The notes: generated by a model not told the origin, from the letters alone. A DNA stretch of 64,000 bases from Octopus sinensis (GCF_006345805.1 NC_042998.1:183086001-183150000); one strand, 5' to 3'; counted from the first letter of the stretch, positions 14,810 through 29,215 are shown. A program made the numbers and translations.

Positions 14810-15170
14810 GCAGGCATGGCTGTGTGGTTAAGAAGTTTACTTCCACATAAAATTGCTTCAGGTTCAGTTCTACAATTTAAGCAAGTGTCTTCTACTAATA
14901 CTACATGAAAACTGTATGTAAGCCTGCTTTTGTGTGTGTCTGTGTGAATATTGACATTCCACAGCTTGTCACTGACTGAGCAAAGCTGTGATATCCTTGC
15001 ATTCCTTATTAACATTATCACTGGTTGCTCTGCACTTTTAAAGATCTGTGGAATAAAGAAAAATCCTTTACCTGAAAAAAATTGTTGATGACAGGACGAC
15101 CTTAAAATTCTGCTTTGAATAAGTCCCCTGGCCAATCCATGTCAGCAAGGCAATGCAGACATTAAATGAA
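14810..15170 (+). mobile_element. SINE with tRNA-like head and RTE-like tail
   Basis: gcaggcatggctgtgtggttaagaag head; ccatgtcagc...acattaaatg tail. Confidence 0.65.
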
Positions 15171-16619
15171 CAAATAAATAACCATCATTAACCATAATTT
15201 CTTTTAATTTATATTATTGCCTTTGACAAAAAGACAGGACATACACTGTAAATTTGAGACTTCTGTCTCTGTTAAGAATTGATATCTACATAACATATCT
15301 TTGCCATTTCAGTTCTATCATCAGTGACAAACATGCCAAACAAGAAAGATAAAGCTGCCGCTAGTCCAGGATCACAAATGAAGAAAATTTCAAACATATC
15401 AAAGTAAGAGTGCATACCATTTTCTGTTCATTTTTAATATCCTTTCGTCATAAATACATGTACTTGAAATAAACTGCTCTAAAGAAATAATATCAAAGAC
15501 TGACTGAAATCATTATAACTCTGTTTAATATTCAACCTAATATTATAACTAAAATTAAATCTGTTTCTAATTTGTCAATATAAATTTCTTTCCAAATTTC
15601 CTTCACCGGAATTAATTTGTTACTTAAATGAAAAATAGATCAATTTAAAAAATGTTTTAATTCTGCTATTTTTTTACCTCAATGGTTGGATACTTTTTTC
15701 TATTGCATCTAATTGATTAATTTATTTATGCATTGAACTACAAGATTTTTTTTCATTATAGCTAAGAGATATTTTCATTTATTTCCAACAAAAAAGAAAA
15801 TCAGTAATTTTTTGAAAAAGCCCTATTCTGTATGTTTTTTATCACAAAACTTTTATCTAATTATATTCCTCTCATAGATATATGGTTAAATGTTTCATAA
15901 TAAACTCCAACTTCTTTTTATATTTCATGTCATTTAATTTTACAAATGTGTTAATTGTTCTAAATGTTTGTTTGTCTTTCTCCTACAAAATTACATCATC
16001 ATATGGAGCAGATCAATGTTTCACGAACCCACAGGTTTAGATATTTTAAAGCTACAACTATATTTTAATGTATATTTATATATCTATGTACTCATGTATA
16101 TTTATATATATACACACACTCATATATATACACATATATCGAATTCATGACCTTCTGCATGTAAAGCAGATGTAATAACCATATATGTATATGTATGTAT
16201 TGTTGCAGCTCTTGAGCTGAAACTTGTGAAAGAGTATATATATGTATGCATGTGAGTGTGTGTGTAAATATATATATATATATATATATATGCAGATATA
16301 TATGTGTATCTTGCACTTTATCTTCTAAAGAGAATACAGCCACCCAGCAGCACAGAGCTATCAAAATCTGTGCTAGCTGATACCTTACTTAGCTCTTATT
16401 TATAGCAAACAATATTGCCTCAGTATTGCACCTGCTTACATATCATGCATTGTTATTTCAACCAATTATTGACCATTCAAAACACCTGTAATGATACAAA
16501 CTGACTACTTCATATAAATTATATACATAATTTTCTTATAAATACATTCCTTATACCTATCATCGTTTGTCTGTCCTGTTATTTGTTTCTATGTGTGTAT
16601 ATGCGTTGTTCCTTTTCTC

Positions 16620-17670
16620 TTTTTAATTTAGAATAAATTTTGACCAGCCACTTACTTGGTAGTAAGATTGTGAAGGAAAGCATCTAGTTTTGTTCATCAT
16701 CCTTTAAACCTTAAGAAGGTCTTGCAAATTTTTATAGTCCCAGATATCATGATCATTTGTAGTGCGTGAATTAAGAATTTGTGTTCTCTCCCACAAAACC
16801 CAAGTACAGCCATGCTTTGTTCCAGCAGGGTTGGTATGTATCTTGTGGTTCCAATAACAGTAGGTATGAAGCTGAAAGTGTATCTTGTGCACTAGGTTTG
16901 TCCTCTTTCTCTTGTATTTTTCTAATTACATTGATATTCTGAGAGCAACTGATTTCCACAACAAAACATACCTTTTCTTTATGGTTTCACACAATAATTT
17001 CTGGTTGGCTGTGGCTGTTTTAGTTTCTGAGTTCCACCAGTATTCCTTTGATCCATTGGTCTCAATATAATCAACTTTGTCTGTAGGTGTTTTCTTTTTT
17101 GTTACCCTGCTCTGGCCACTGCATCTTCCATATCTGGAAGACACTCTCTCACAGTTAGCAATAATGTGGCTGATGTCTTCTGACTTGGTCCTGCACAGCC
17201 TACATTTGTTGCCTGTCATGTAGATACTTGGTGAGGATTTCTTGTTCTTGAATTACATGGAGGTAGCCTTCGAAATGGTACATCATAAACTTGTCAGTAT
17301 TCCATGCCAAGTTTTTGACATGATCAGCCCCCTTCTCTGGTTTTTCATGCTAAGTACCCATGTACTATCTTCCCCAATGAACTGGTCCTTTTTTATTTTT
17401 ATTTTGTTCACATAAATAGATTTTACCAATATCCCTTGGGGAAGAGACCTTTATCAGCTTTTATTTCATACTTCCTCTCAAGATCATTAGCTATCATATT
17501 TGTGTTGTTGATTTCATGGTCACATACTTGGTCAAGATTGTTATTGGTCTCTTTCTCTTGCTGCAGATGTTGTTTCAGTATCATAATATGTGCTTCATAT
17601 GACATCAATACAGGCTTGAGGCCACACCCACCATCCTTGTGTGGGAAGTATATCTTGTCTATGTATGCAT
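16620..17670 (-). mobile_element. REL-endonuclease non-LTR retrotransposon remnant (R4/Dong or NeSL-like), internally deleted
   Basis: Minus strand DKIYFPHKDGGCGL, CCHC knuckle CRLC...HIIANC, and a frameshifted NxPEIIV..CFVVEISC nuclease motif. Confidence 0.75.
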
Positions 17671-17706
17671 GCATGTATAAATATATATCTACATGGATAT
17701 ATATAT

Positions 17707-17739
<33 letters not shown>

Positions 17740-18000
17740 GGATGTATATGCATATGTGTATGGATACAATTTTACTACACTTTGATCTTAGCCAAAAGCA
17801 TATATATTGTATACATATTGCATATATATTGTATACATACATATATGTATATATGTATGTATACAGTATATATATTGTATACATACAATATACATGTATA
17901 TGTATATGCATATTTGTATATGTGTGCATATATATATATATAGGATCATTTGTAAAAAAACAAATCTGAAAGAAGTACACTCTAAGATGTAGAGCAGTAT

Positions 18001-18240
18001 ATATTAAAAATGGGGAAGGCCAGTTTATGTTATTACCTTTGGTTTCCCATCCATAAAGGGTTTAGCTTTGTGGCTTATCATCAGATTCCAAAAACCTGTT
18101 GGCTCATGGCCTCTTAAAATATATGGAAGTCATGGGCCAACAGGTTTTGGGGTCTGACAATACACCATAAAGCTAAACCCTTTATGGATGGGAAACCTAA
18201 GGTACTCCCATAAACTGGCCTTCTCCATTTTTAATTAATA
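18001..18240. repeat. Foldback element, arms about 110 bp, short loop
   Basis: aaaaatggggaaggccagtttatg...ggtttcccatccataaagggtttagcttt versus aaagctaaaccctttatggatgggaaacc...cataaactggccttctccattttt. Confidence 0.9.
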
Positions 18241-18729
18241 TATATATAATCACATTATTTCTTTAAGTGTGTTATATTTCTTCATGTATTTGACTCATAC
18301 TTAAATATTCATCTGTGGAAAGCTTTCAGCTCCCAAATAACCAAAGAACTGCCATATCTAAAGAGCCATGGTTAAATTTATTGAACATTGGTCTGAATCA
18401 AATTTAAGATGTGTGTGTCTTTGTATGCACACACATGTTAGTATTTGTATTCACGTATGAGCATTGACTTATCCTGTCTACTGTCTATAGTAGGGAAAAA
18501 ACTTTCATATAGTTCAATACCAACCAGTGATTTACAACTTCATCTTTATCTATAACTCCTATGATGATTTTGTACTGATGCTGCACTTATTACTCTGTGT
18601 TGTTTTTGATCATTTTAACAAAGTATGCTGACACCTGCCAAATGAATCTCATGATTTTTAAAGAAAAACATGTTTATCTTTGCATATAGTTTTTAACTAT
18701 AACATATAAAAATCCACATACACACACAC

Positions 18730-19189
18730 ATAAAATATGAGAGATGGAAAATGGAATTCACAAGACTCTTTATTCAGAATTACTATGATCATTTCAACCT
18801 ATCATACACTGGAACCTTACAGGTAAGATGCTGTAAAAACAATTGTCATGCATCATAAGTGCAAATGCATTTCCTCAGGTACCTTGTTTTTTTATTTGCC
18901 ATTTCACTTATTTCTATAACAATACATTTTCTTAAGTTCCCTATAGAATCAGATAGTATACTACACTTTCCAAAATGTATTGTTATAGAAATAAACAAGA
19001 CTGTAAGTAAAAAAAAATAATGTACTCTTTGAAAAGTCACCTGAAGAGATGCATCAGCACCTATGATGCATGACAATTGTTTATGCAGCATCCTACCAGT
19101 AAGGTACTGGTGTAGGAGGGGTTGAAATGATCATAGTGGTTCTGAATAAAGAGTCTCATGAATTCCATTTTCTATTTCTTATATTTTAT
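18730..19189. repeat. Foldback element of about 460 bp, imperfect arms
   Basis: gactctttattcagaattactatgatcatttcaacc versus ggttgaaatgatcatagtggttctgaataaagagtc; inner aaaatgtattgttatagaaat pair. Confidence 0.9.
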
Positions 19190-19344
19190 ATAAACTCTAC
19201 AGACACAAAGGAATTCCTGAAGTTAATCCAGTGGCATATACCTCCATATTCTTGTTGACATCAGGTGTTCAAATATTGTGGACAGGCTTTAAACAGGTGT
19301 ATAGCTGAATATAAAATATAAAATTATTAATATATATATATATA

Positions 19345-19469
19345 GATATAAAGTTAATCCAAACATGAAAACACAAAGAGAAAACACAACAACACGAGGA
19401 TGTGGAACAAATATAGTATTATTGGACGCTCAGGAAGGAAGGGAAGAAGGAGGGTTTTACGTTTCGAGC
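19345..19469 (-). mobile_element. Truncated Penelope-type terminal repeat, cut inside hammerhead stem II
   Basis: gacgctcaggaa...ttttacgtttcgagc matches 7605-7642. Confidence 0.5.
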
Positions 19470-21859
19470 AGATCAATAGGAAATAATTTTCAGAAATAGG
19501 TAGTGTGTGACTATTTTTGCTGTTATGAAGCAGTGGCTTATAGCTAAGGTTTTTGGATTGCTAACATCAACATCTTTCCTAGCCATCATTTTGTGCTCTG
19601 TAGCAAAACATAGAACTCTATTTGCCTCAGTTAACATAACAAAGTATTCAACATTTAGCAGCACGAAAGGTATCCAATCATAAAAACATTTTGCTGACAA
19701 TAAATCCAACAAGAGAGTTTGTATATACTCATAAGCTAATGAGACGTCTATGAGATTGATCAACCAATAGTAATATCAGTTAAGTCCCTAAACATAGTAG
19801 GGTAGGATTTGAGAAATCACACCCTGCTCTCTTAAAAAAGACAAGACGTATTTGATAATGTTCTACATACATTGTTTGAAAATAAAAAACTTGAGATGGT
19901 TACTGCTGCATTAACTTTGATCATTGTTTTGTTCAGTTAGGGCTGGCTTGTAACTACTCAAACAAAAATATCCAATCTCACACATCATATTCATAGAAGA
20001 ATAAGGAATGGGAATGAATCAGTAATAGAACATTACAGTAATATTTCTTTGTATTTAAATTGTAAACTGTTTGAAAGCAAGCCAGAAATACTATATTTAT
20101 CTGGGAAACATGACTAATGCACAATATGAAAAAACAAAGACAACGTGTGTCCTAAAAGCATTGATAAGATAAACTCTGAACTTGTCAAGCCTATGCCAAT
20201 ATAAAAACAGAACTGACATAGATGGATGATGACACAGTGACTATTTCTTCTTTTATGTTTTAATTCCGTAGATCTGTTTAGATGTTGGTGGCTATTTTAT
20301 TTCTTCTTTTGTGTTATTTGAACAATTTTCCAATCATACAAGCAATTACTTTTGTGGAATTGTCATCCTTGATAGAACAAATAAGTTTTATTCTTGTTTT
20401 ATATCTATTTTTATATGGAAAAATAAAGCCTAGCAAATGAGAAAGATTTAGCAGCTTTCATCACAATTTGACAGATCTCATAATTTCTTCCATGACCTCT
20501 GTCACTGACAATACTTTCAGCTTTTTGGACTTCTACTCTGCTATGTTCTGAAGGGAATCAGACAGAATGTTAACTGACCGAATTCTTAATGCAAATATTT
20601 CTTTTAGATTCAACTTTAGCTCATAAACTTTCAATATTACATAGAACAGATATATTTTTTTAACAACATAATCCATCTGTTAATTTTAAATATATATTTA
20701 CATTCTATATGCATTTTTGAATCATCAAACTTTTTTTTCTTCTTCTATGGAATTTTGTATCTATTTTTGTTTACGTATGGCTATTACTGTTTGTAATTTT
20801 AAATGATGTTAGCTTTGTTATTTAAAATATTTTTATATCTTTCTTGCTTCCTGTATATTTCCATGTTGTCTATTTAATATTAACAATATTTTACCTGTCT
20901 GAATATTGTTCTTTCTTCTTCTCATATGCATTTCTTTGCTAAAATATTTGTGTTGTTCTAGTGTATATATATATCAGTGCTGATCTCAGTTTGAAAGATT
21001 TTCTAGTTGAGCTAACCACCATTTCATTGTCAGCTACATAGACCTGCATTTAGCGTCCACTTAATCATTCTGAGAGCAGCTCAAGATGAGTGATAGAATC
21101 AGACTATAATCATACTATAATTTTTGCTCAATCAAGTGTGGCAAAATAGATCTCAGAATTTTTTCTTAATGGTAGAAAAGCTGTCTTACTAACTGGTTCC
21201 ACGCATCATTATAACAGAATATTGTTTCATAAGTAGAATATTCTTAATCACAGAAAGCACTACAAAGTTTGATATGACTTGCATCTTTTCCCTAGACCAA
21301 TATTGATTGTGAAGCCTGTGGTCAAGAATAAAACAGTTTAGTTATTAATATTTCTTAAATATTGTGTAATTCTGCATTGTGTCAGCATGTTTTGTATCAT
21401 ATCAAAGTATTCCTGATAAATTAATCAATATAACTAACCTTTTTGCACTGATCCTGTCAGTCCTTTAATGTGTTTTGTAAATTATAAAGGATATATAGAC
21501 CAAAAGAACAACTCTATACAAATAGGGATCTATACAGCATTGACCCAAAGTACCCAAACATTGACCAGCTCTCAGCTGATAATAATGAAATGATAATTCT
21601 TAATTATACAAGTATTATGAGAATAATATTGACAGATGAATAAGGCCATTCCACCCTTCATCTTACCACAAATAAATTAATAATTCTGTACTACTTGAAA
21701 ATCGTTAGTCAGATCTAGTCAGAATAGGTTTATAGATTTGCGATGATTTATTAAATTTAAAAGATGTCCTTGTCTGGTAAGTGATTTAATCTGAGACCAT
21801 AAATTAAAACTAAGGAAATTACAATGTGGAAGGCACATATTACTCATTCAAACACACAC

Positions 21860-22023
21860 AAAAACTGTTATTTTCATTTAAACATTTATTATTTGGTGTC
21901 AAAATTTTCTTCACACTAACTGTGACCTGGTCACTGACACAGTTCCACACTTCCAGTTTGCAGTGAGTGCAACGAAAATTTTGGTACCAAATAATAAATA
22001 TTTTAGTGTAGTTAACAGTTTTT
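21860..22023. repeat. Short imperfect foldback element
   Basis: aaaaactgtta..tttattatttggt..aaaattttc versus gaaaattttggtaccaaataataaa..taacagttttt. Confidence 0.75.
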
Positions 22024-23039
22024 ATGTTTTTGAATGATTATGTATCTTCTATTCATTAAATGTTTGTAAGCAAACAACATATCCAGTACACCTAAACTAA
22101 CAGGTCTTGAGTTGTCTATAACCATTCTGAATGTTTTCACATACTGTCAGGGGGTTATGAAAAATGCAGAGAGGCAGTCAAATAAAATTACATTCTATTG
22201 AGTGCAGTAGTTTTCATGTACCAAGATGACTGTATAGCATCCTCTTTGAGAATATTCAAGAAAAACACCAGACAGTAAAAGATGGTTTTAATTCAAATGT
22301 GTTCCACTCATTTGTTTCTGAAGATGGATATATTTTAGAGTTTATAAGCACAAATGGAATCTATCATTATTAATCAACTATAAGATTTTAATTCAAGTGT
22401 TAAATCCTTGAAGGAAATCTATTTTAAGAGAGTCCAGTTTCAGAGAGAGATACATGTATAATATTTTGTATAAAGGTGGATTAACTCAGTTGAGTCAATG
22501 GCCATCCAATAATATGTACATTCACATGTTAAATATATATATGTTTGTAGCATGTTGCTGTTTTGTTTACATGAAATGCAGAAGAAATAAGTAACCTTCA
22601 CCTCCACATCTTCAAAGTTTGTGGCATCATGCCAGTGGAGGCAACTGGTACAGGCGGCGACATACTAATATTGTGCTGGGCAAGAAGCCATGATGTAGGG
22701 CAAACATCTGGAATGATATTTTACAGCCTGGACATACATCAAGTTAGGTGGTGCTGCAATATCTGGTGAACCCCTCAGCCAGTTTGGCAATCTCCTGCAT
22801 TCTCAAACAAGCTGAGCTGTCTTGACTTTATTTTGCCTCACGGCTTATTGTGTGAGAGTAAGAGAGCGAGTCTGATGTGCATGCAGCTCTTTCTCACTTT
22901 AAAGAAACCTTGCACTACTCAAACATCTACATCTAGTGAATAAAACTGTGTGGCACATACTTGACAGACTACCAACTAAACATCAAATAGTTTTGTTGTT
23001 GAGGTTCTACTATTCCACACACTTTCCACATTAAAATAC

Positions 23040-23270
23040 CTATTTCTTTACTACCCACAAGAGACTAAACACAGAGAGGACAAACAAGGAGAGACAAATG
23101 GATTAAGTCGATTACATCGACCCCAGTGCGTAACTGGTACTTAATTTATCGACCCCAAAAGAATGAAAGGCAAAGTCGTCCTCACCGGAATTTGAACTCA
23201 GAACGTAGTAGCAGATGAAATACTGCTAAGCATTTCACCCGGCGTGCTAATGATTCTGCCAGCTCGCCAC
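23040..23270 (-). mobile_element. tRNA-derived SINE, relatively young
   Basis: Minus strand gtggcgagctggcagaatc...gagttcaaattcc...taagtaccagtt; same family as the 41.3-41.9 kb copies. Confidence 0.85.
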
Positions 23271-25599
23271 GTTAAAATACCACCACAATAAAGGTATGGT
23301 ATAGGTTGGAGTAGTCGTGGTTTTCTGCTCCCTGTCTCACACACACATACACACAACTGCATCTCTTGTTAAAGTACCGCCCAGCTAGCCATGGTCTTCA
23401 TTGATCATCAATGGCTGAAGCCACTTGGAGTCACAGATGGTAGACCTTTCATTGAAGCCATGGAAGAATCACAGTTTTGTGACAATTAAATACTGCTACC
23501 TCCTTTACATTTTAGCTTTAGATGTGTGAAAGGTGGAGTACACTTAGGAGTTGTTGTGATTCTCTGGTAACCTGCTTGATGCATACCAGCTGAGGTTCTG
23601 TGCAGCTGAAGTCATTTTCTTCAGTGATCACCAATAGACATAACTTAATAATGTTAGGTATTTTTGTTTCCTTCTTTATTTCTTTCTTCATTCTTTTATT
23701 TATTAATTAACTTTTGGCAGTTACTTGATCATTGCCAAATCTTATGGATGAACCATTATACATATGTGTACATATATATCACACATACATACTTACATAT
23801 ATATGTGTGTGTGTGTGTTAATTAAAAGTAAAAAAAAAATTTAATAACCAAATAGGTCAGGTTGACACGAGATACATCCAGTTAAAGGGTGTCAGGTTAT
23901 GAATATATTAAGCAATAAAAAATTTTAAACTATATTAATAAGTTCAAGGTTATTTGGGTTACAGCCCAATTGAGGTAGTTAAAGTAGACCGTAAGGTTCC
24001 ATAAAAGGAGTTCTTGTCAAGGTTTAACAAAGATGATTAACTTCAAGTATAGATTTATAGTGTGAAACAAATACATATGTGATAAATAGATTCCAACAAC
24101 AATACACAAGAATAGTTACTAACATACATACACTCTGCTGCAGATTTACCCACACCCATAACACACTTGCACAGACAATACAACTGACTGCATACTTACA
24201 ATTAGACACCTAATGTATACACAAAATATACATATATAACCCGGAATATAAAATATATAAATAAACAAGCAAATAACACATATACACATGCATAACTGAT
24301 ATAATGATAATAGGTCACTTAATTATACAAAACTTAATTGAAACAATGACAGTTATTCATATATCTTGCTAAACTAGTCTGAATTACTCTATTCACTTAC
24401 TCCACTTACTAAATTAAAAGATACTACAACAATACCCTAAGATCATAATATGAGATACAATACATTATTTTGTTGATGATATGTTATCAGTATCAATAAG
24501 TAAAAAAGCTGTAATATTAATGATATGCAAACTAAACAACACTTAAAATAATACTCATAGTAGCAACAGATTATCATTCTAGCATTTGTTCAAATTAACA
24601 TTGGACATGCTTGGAATAAAAGAGAATTTATACAGGTTAAAAAGTATGTATGTTCAGCAAACATATTTTAGGTGTAAACAAAATTACTTAGAAAGGTTAT
24701 TTATACTAGTATTTATGTGACAGTCATTTGAATTGTAATATGAAAATGCATATTGTTTGTAAGTCCATTTATGGTACCATCACCCTTCACATGCCTGATT
24801 TAGTATAAGTCACTTAGTTCATGATACTTGGAATTAGATTTAAAAAAGGAAGAGCAAGAAGAAAGAGAAAAAAGGACATCAGGCATTACATGTTTCGACA
24901 TATATTCTCATACTGCTTCATTGAGTTCTCTTCCAGTAACTATATGTATGTATGTATGTTATGTGTTGTGTGTACATGCACATGTGAGTGTAGACATTAT
25001 ATATATTATAATGCACTTATTATTAATTATATATATATACCTATATATGTGTGTATACATGTACATATATCATGCAATATGGCCATTTCAGGCGGCTCCA
25101 TTTAATCAAACAGTGCAAGCATTGCATCAATTTGAAACACACTGCCATCTTCAGTTGCAAAAATATAGATTTTCAATAGACAGGATATTCTATTATAATT
25201 TTTTGCAAATATTTCGTCAGAGCTAGAGAAAGAAAGAATGGAATTTTTTCAATGTCCAGCTCCAACAAAATATTTGCTAAAAATTATAACAGAATTAATT
25301 CTGGCTGTGAAAAAAGTGTTTCTGCAAGTCATGGATACTGTGTTGTTTTTGATATTATTAGTGATAGAGATATTGAATTCAAAAAGATTAACAAAGTTGT
25401 TGAATTCCTATCAACTCAGCTAGACATCGAATCTTTAGAGTTTTGATGTTCAGAGAGCCAATACGTTCAAGTTATGGTAAGTGACTTGACAGAAGGTATT
25501 CATCTGGTTGCACATCTCTGATCAACTTCCATTAGATCAGTATTTTGAACAAGGTGAGTTTTCCATACTTGACAAAACTGAGTGTGGACATGCCATAGC

Positions 25600-27715
25600 C
25601 ATATAAAGCTTTAAAAAGATAGCTTAGATAGCTGATGAGTGTTTGACAAAGGTTTTACTGAGTGAGGCTAAGAAACCTTCTGTGATTTTGAAGATTTTAG
25701 AAGTGTGGTTCATCCAGCACAAATCATTGTTGACAATAATGCCGAAGTCACATTCACCAGCAGTGTAAAGTTAGTGTTATGGAGGAAGTATGTAAATTCT
25801 AGCCTTTTATTCCCAAAATGTATAGTGCTGCACTTTTCTACAACTAACTTGAGTTGCCAGTCAGCAATCCATTGCTACATTGTATCCTGATCAGATTGCA
25901 GGAAAGATATATAGTCTTAAGATCTGTTCTTTTTCTCTTAAGATACAGCACAATGTCATCTGTGTATTTTAGCTGAGTAACATGTTTCTAGCCAGCATCT
26001 ATTTCATTAATGTATGCACAGATAACAGGAAACCAAGAACAGATTCTTGTGGTCTGCCAGATGTCATTCCATAATGTGCAAAATGTTGTTCTAGTACAGT
26101 AACTACCTCTTTTCAACCAATAATTTTGGACTTCAGTCCATTGCAGAGAGCTTCACCATAAGCTGTCTGTTTGTGTGGTGTTGAATTAAAGGCTTTGGTG
26201 AAATGAAGCTAGATAACATACTTCCATGAACTGTCATCTGTTATTCAGGTGATGTCTTCAAGAAATTCGTTGAGTTGGCCACAGCAGATGGAGTTAGAGA
26301 TAAATCAAAATTGTGAGAAATAGATAAAGTTATGAGAATTCCAGTGATTCAAGTGTCATTCTGATACAGGACTCCATTAATTTGGCAATACAGATTGTGA
26401 GAGTGATTGGATGGTAATTGACAGTTGATGTGTAGTAGCCTTTTTTGAACCAGGGGATAATATTGACTATTTTCCACTGTTCTTGGGTAACAAAGTTACT
26501 TGAAAAATTAAAGAAAGCTGGTGAGTAGGAAGTGCCTGCTGTATTTGAAAAGTAGATAAGTAAATAGATAGAAAAGTAGATAGGCTGTAACACTGTCAAA
26601 AATAGGGAAAATATAGTTGTACATGCATTTAAGGTGGCATCACAACATTGCGGGAGTAAATTCTACAGATATTGAGAAATTTGACTTCCATAGCAGTGAA
26701 GAGGGTACATTTGAATTTTCAACAATAAAAATGCCAGCATAACATTTAGCAACAAGTTTTGGATGCTCTTTAAGTTCATCAGTAACCTAACTTAAATAGG
26801 GATTGCAAAGAGAGCTACTGAAGAATGAGGTCTCTGTTTTGAATGTACATATTCCCAGCACAGTTTACCCTCTGGGTTGGTTGCTCTCTGTTCTTCAAAT
26901 TGAAGAACCTTTTAGTCACTTGATATGATTGGACATATTTTGCATCTTTATTATCCCCTGTTTGCAAACCTGTATTTATGTTCAGCATCCACTCATTCTT
27001 TCCTGGTAAGGCAGACCACTGCAATCTCCCATATTGCACTTTTGGGAGATTCTAATGTATTTACATAATACTGATGCTTTGCCTGCAGCCCAGCCCAGAC
27101 TGAAATAAAGAATGTATTGAAGGTTAGAACCGACATCTGGAATTATAAAATACAAGCCAGTTTGGGCACTGTAACTCAGTATAACAAAAATTCTAGTCAC
27201 CTTTGTTCCAGACAAAATGAGTAATTTGGAGATGACGATGGCTTTTCTTTCTGCCCATAAGAGACAGATTGGCACCTAGTTATAGCATGTTTTGAGTCAT
27301 TTAAAAATTTCTTGAATAGAAATGAATAGTTGATCTAAAGTGTTGTTACCTTTTGTAGGGATCGTAACTAAATGGGACCAGTTTGAATCTAACACTCAAT
27401 CAAAGAAATTTGCTCTTTCTCGGCTGTGAAAAGTTTCCCAGTCAATTTCTAGGTAATCGAAGTCACCAATGATGAAAAGATAGGTGACTGATTTCCTAGA
27501 TGCAGCTCTGAGGATGTCAAAAAGTTGTGTGCTTTTATTGTAGTTTAGGTGACAGTAAGCAACTCCAAGTTGGAATGTTGATGTACTCATATGAATGTCA
27601 CAGAAAATCACCTCTTGTTGCATAGGTTTCAATTCATACCCAAGAAATTTCTGACAAGTTTAAGTGAACATAGACCATCACACCACCCCATGACAATTAG
27701 AACAGTCTTTGCAAA
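25600..27715 (-). mobile_element. CR1/L2-like LINE remnant (APE endonuclease plus RT), degraded
   Basis: Minus strand FIIGDFDYLEIDW; WKIVNIIPWFKKG...NYHPITLT; TSGRPQESVLG; KYTDD; ADWQLKLVVEKC. Confidence 0.85.
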
Positions 27716-27721
27716 ACTAGC

Positions 27722-27987
27722 TGAAGCCATTTCTGTTGTGTCTGGGGAGAGTCATTTTCTTTTTGTGCCTTATAATGTAACACACTCACCGGTAAAATTT
27801 CCACTTTTTTCTTATTTTTATTTTCCTAAAATTTTCGTTGCGTCTTGCAACCTTTTCAATAGTGACGCAACGAAAATTTTTGTAAAATAAAAATAAGAAA
27901 AAAAGTGGAAATTTTACCGGTGAGTGTATTACATTATAAGGCACAAAAAGAAAATGACTCTCCCCAGACACAACAGAATATGCTTCA
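27722..27987. repeat. Near-perfect foldback element, arms about 122 bp, 19-nt loop
   Basis: ctgttgtgtctggggagagtcattttctttttgtgccttataatgtaa is mirrored almost exactly at 27925-27977. Confidence 0.95.
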
Positions 27988-28573
27988 ACACACGAACTCA
28001 TATAAAGAATCTTGCAAATCAAATCCAAAAACGAAATAGCTGAAGCCAGCCATGCTAAAACTATGAATTTGTTCTTAACTGAATTATTGTAGTAAAATTA
28101 GAAAAGAAATTCCAGATAAAGAAGCAAACCCTAGAATTAATGTGTTTCAAAGTTGACCTAGCAATGGTTAAAGTTTTACTCACTGGGAAAACAGGCAGGA
28201 ACTTATTTCCCTACGGGAAATGGCTTTACTCAGTATGTAGGAAAATGTACTCAATACAAACTATGAACACACAAGAGGTATAAGAAAATAACTGGCAGGT
28301 TAACAGAGAAAATAGGCCTTGTGTGTGGTAGATGTGCAAGAGCAATGAACATGAAGAGCACATGAGAAATAAATTTTCCCAAATGTCAAAAAAGATTCTT
28401 TGAAGTAGCAGAGATTCTGTTGCATAAGTGATTACATAATCAGCAGTGATGAGGGATGTTCTTAAAATATAGTAGCCAGAGAAAGAATACTATTATAGTT
28501 CAATATCCAGGCCAACCAAAGACATGTGAATGGATTTGGTTGCTGGAAACTGAACAACCATCATGTGTACATA

Positions 28574-28627
<54 letters not shown>

Positions 28628-28911
28628 TGTGCGTGCATGCGTGTTCATGCTTGAAGGTCTGTGTGCTTATTTACATCTGTGTTCATTTGTACAAACTCCA
28701 GTGAGTGGTTTTGTTATCAGTTTCCCTTGTCAATAAATTGTCCAGTCACTTTGTGTCTTCGAAGTTGTGTGGAATAAGAGGTCCCTTACTTGAAAGGGTT
28801 AGCATCAGGAAGTGCATCCAGCTGTAAAACGATATGCCTCAAATAACATATTCATCTACCCCATGAAAGCATAAAACGCATATTTAGAATAAATGATCAA
28901 ACAACACATAC

Positions 28912-28973
<62 letters not shown>

Positions 28974-29024
28974 ACATACAGACAGACATGCACATGTTTA
29001 TATACATATATGTATGCACATCTA

Positions 29025-29059
<35 letters not shown>

Positions 29060-29215
29060 TTAGAATAAGATATATGATACATGCACACACAACGCACACA
29101 TACATACATACATACATATGTAATTTTTTCAAGTTACTCATAAATAGAAAAAGTGTATACATATATACATCCCTGCATGCCATGTTACATTAGAGGTCGG
29201 TTTTCTGTGTTACAG

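Noticed and set aside
15300-15331. Minus-strand CTGATGA...GAAA hammerhead-like string
   Set aside because: No stem III or NUH cleavage triplet; GAAA runs straight into the closing stem.
22582-22590. Possible 9-nt microexon AAGAAATAA
   Set aside because: Weak pyrimidine tract and donor; expected by chance.
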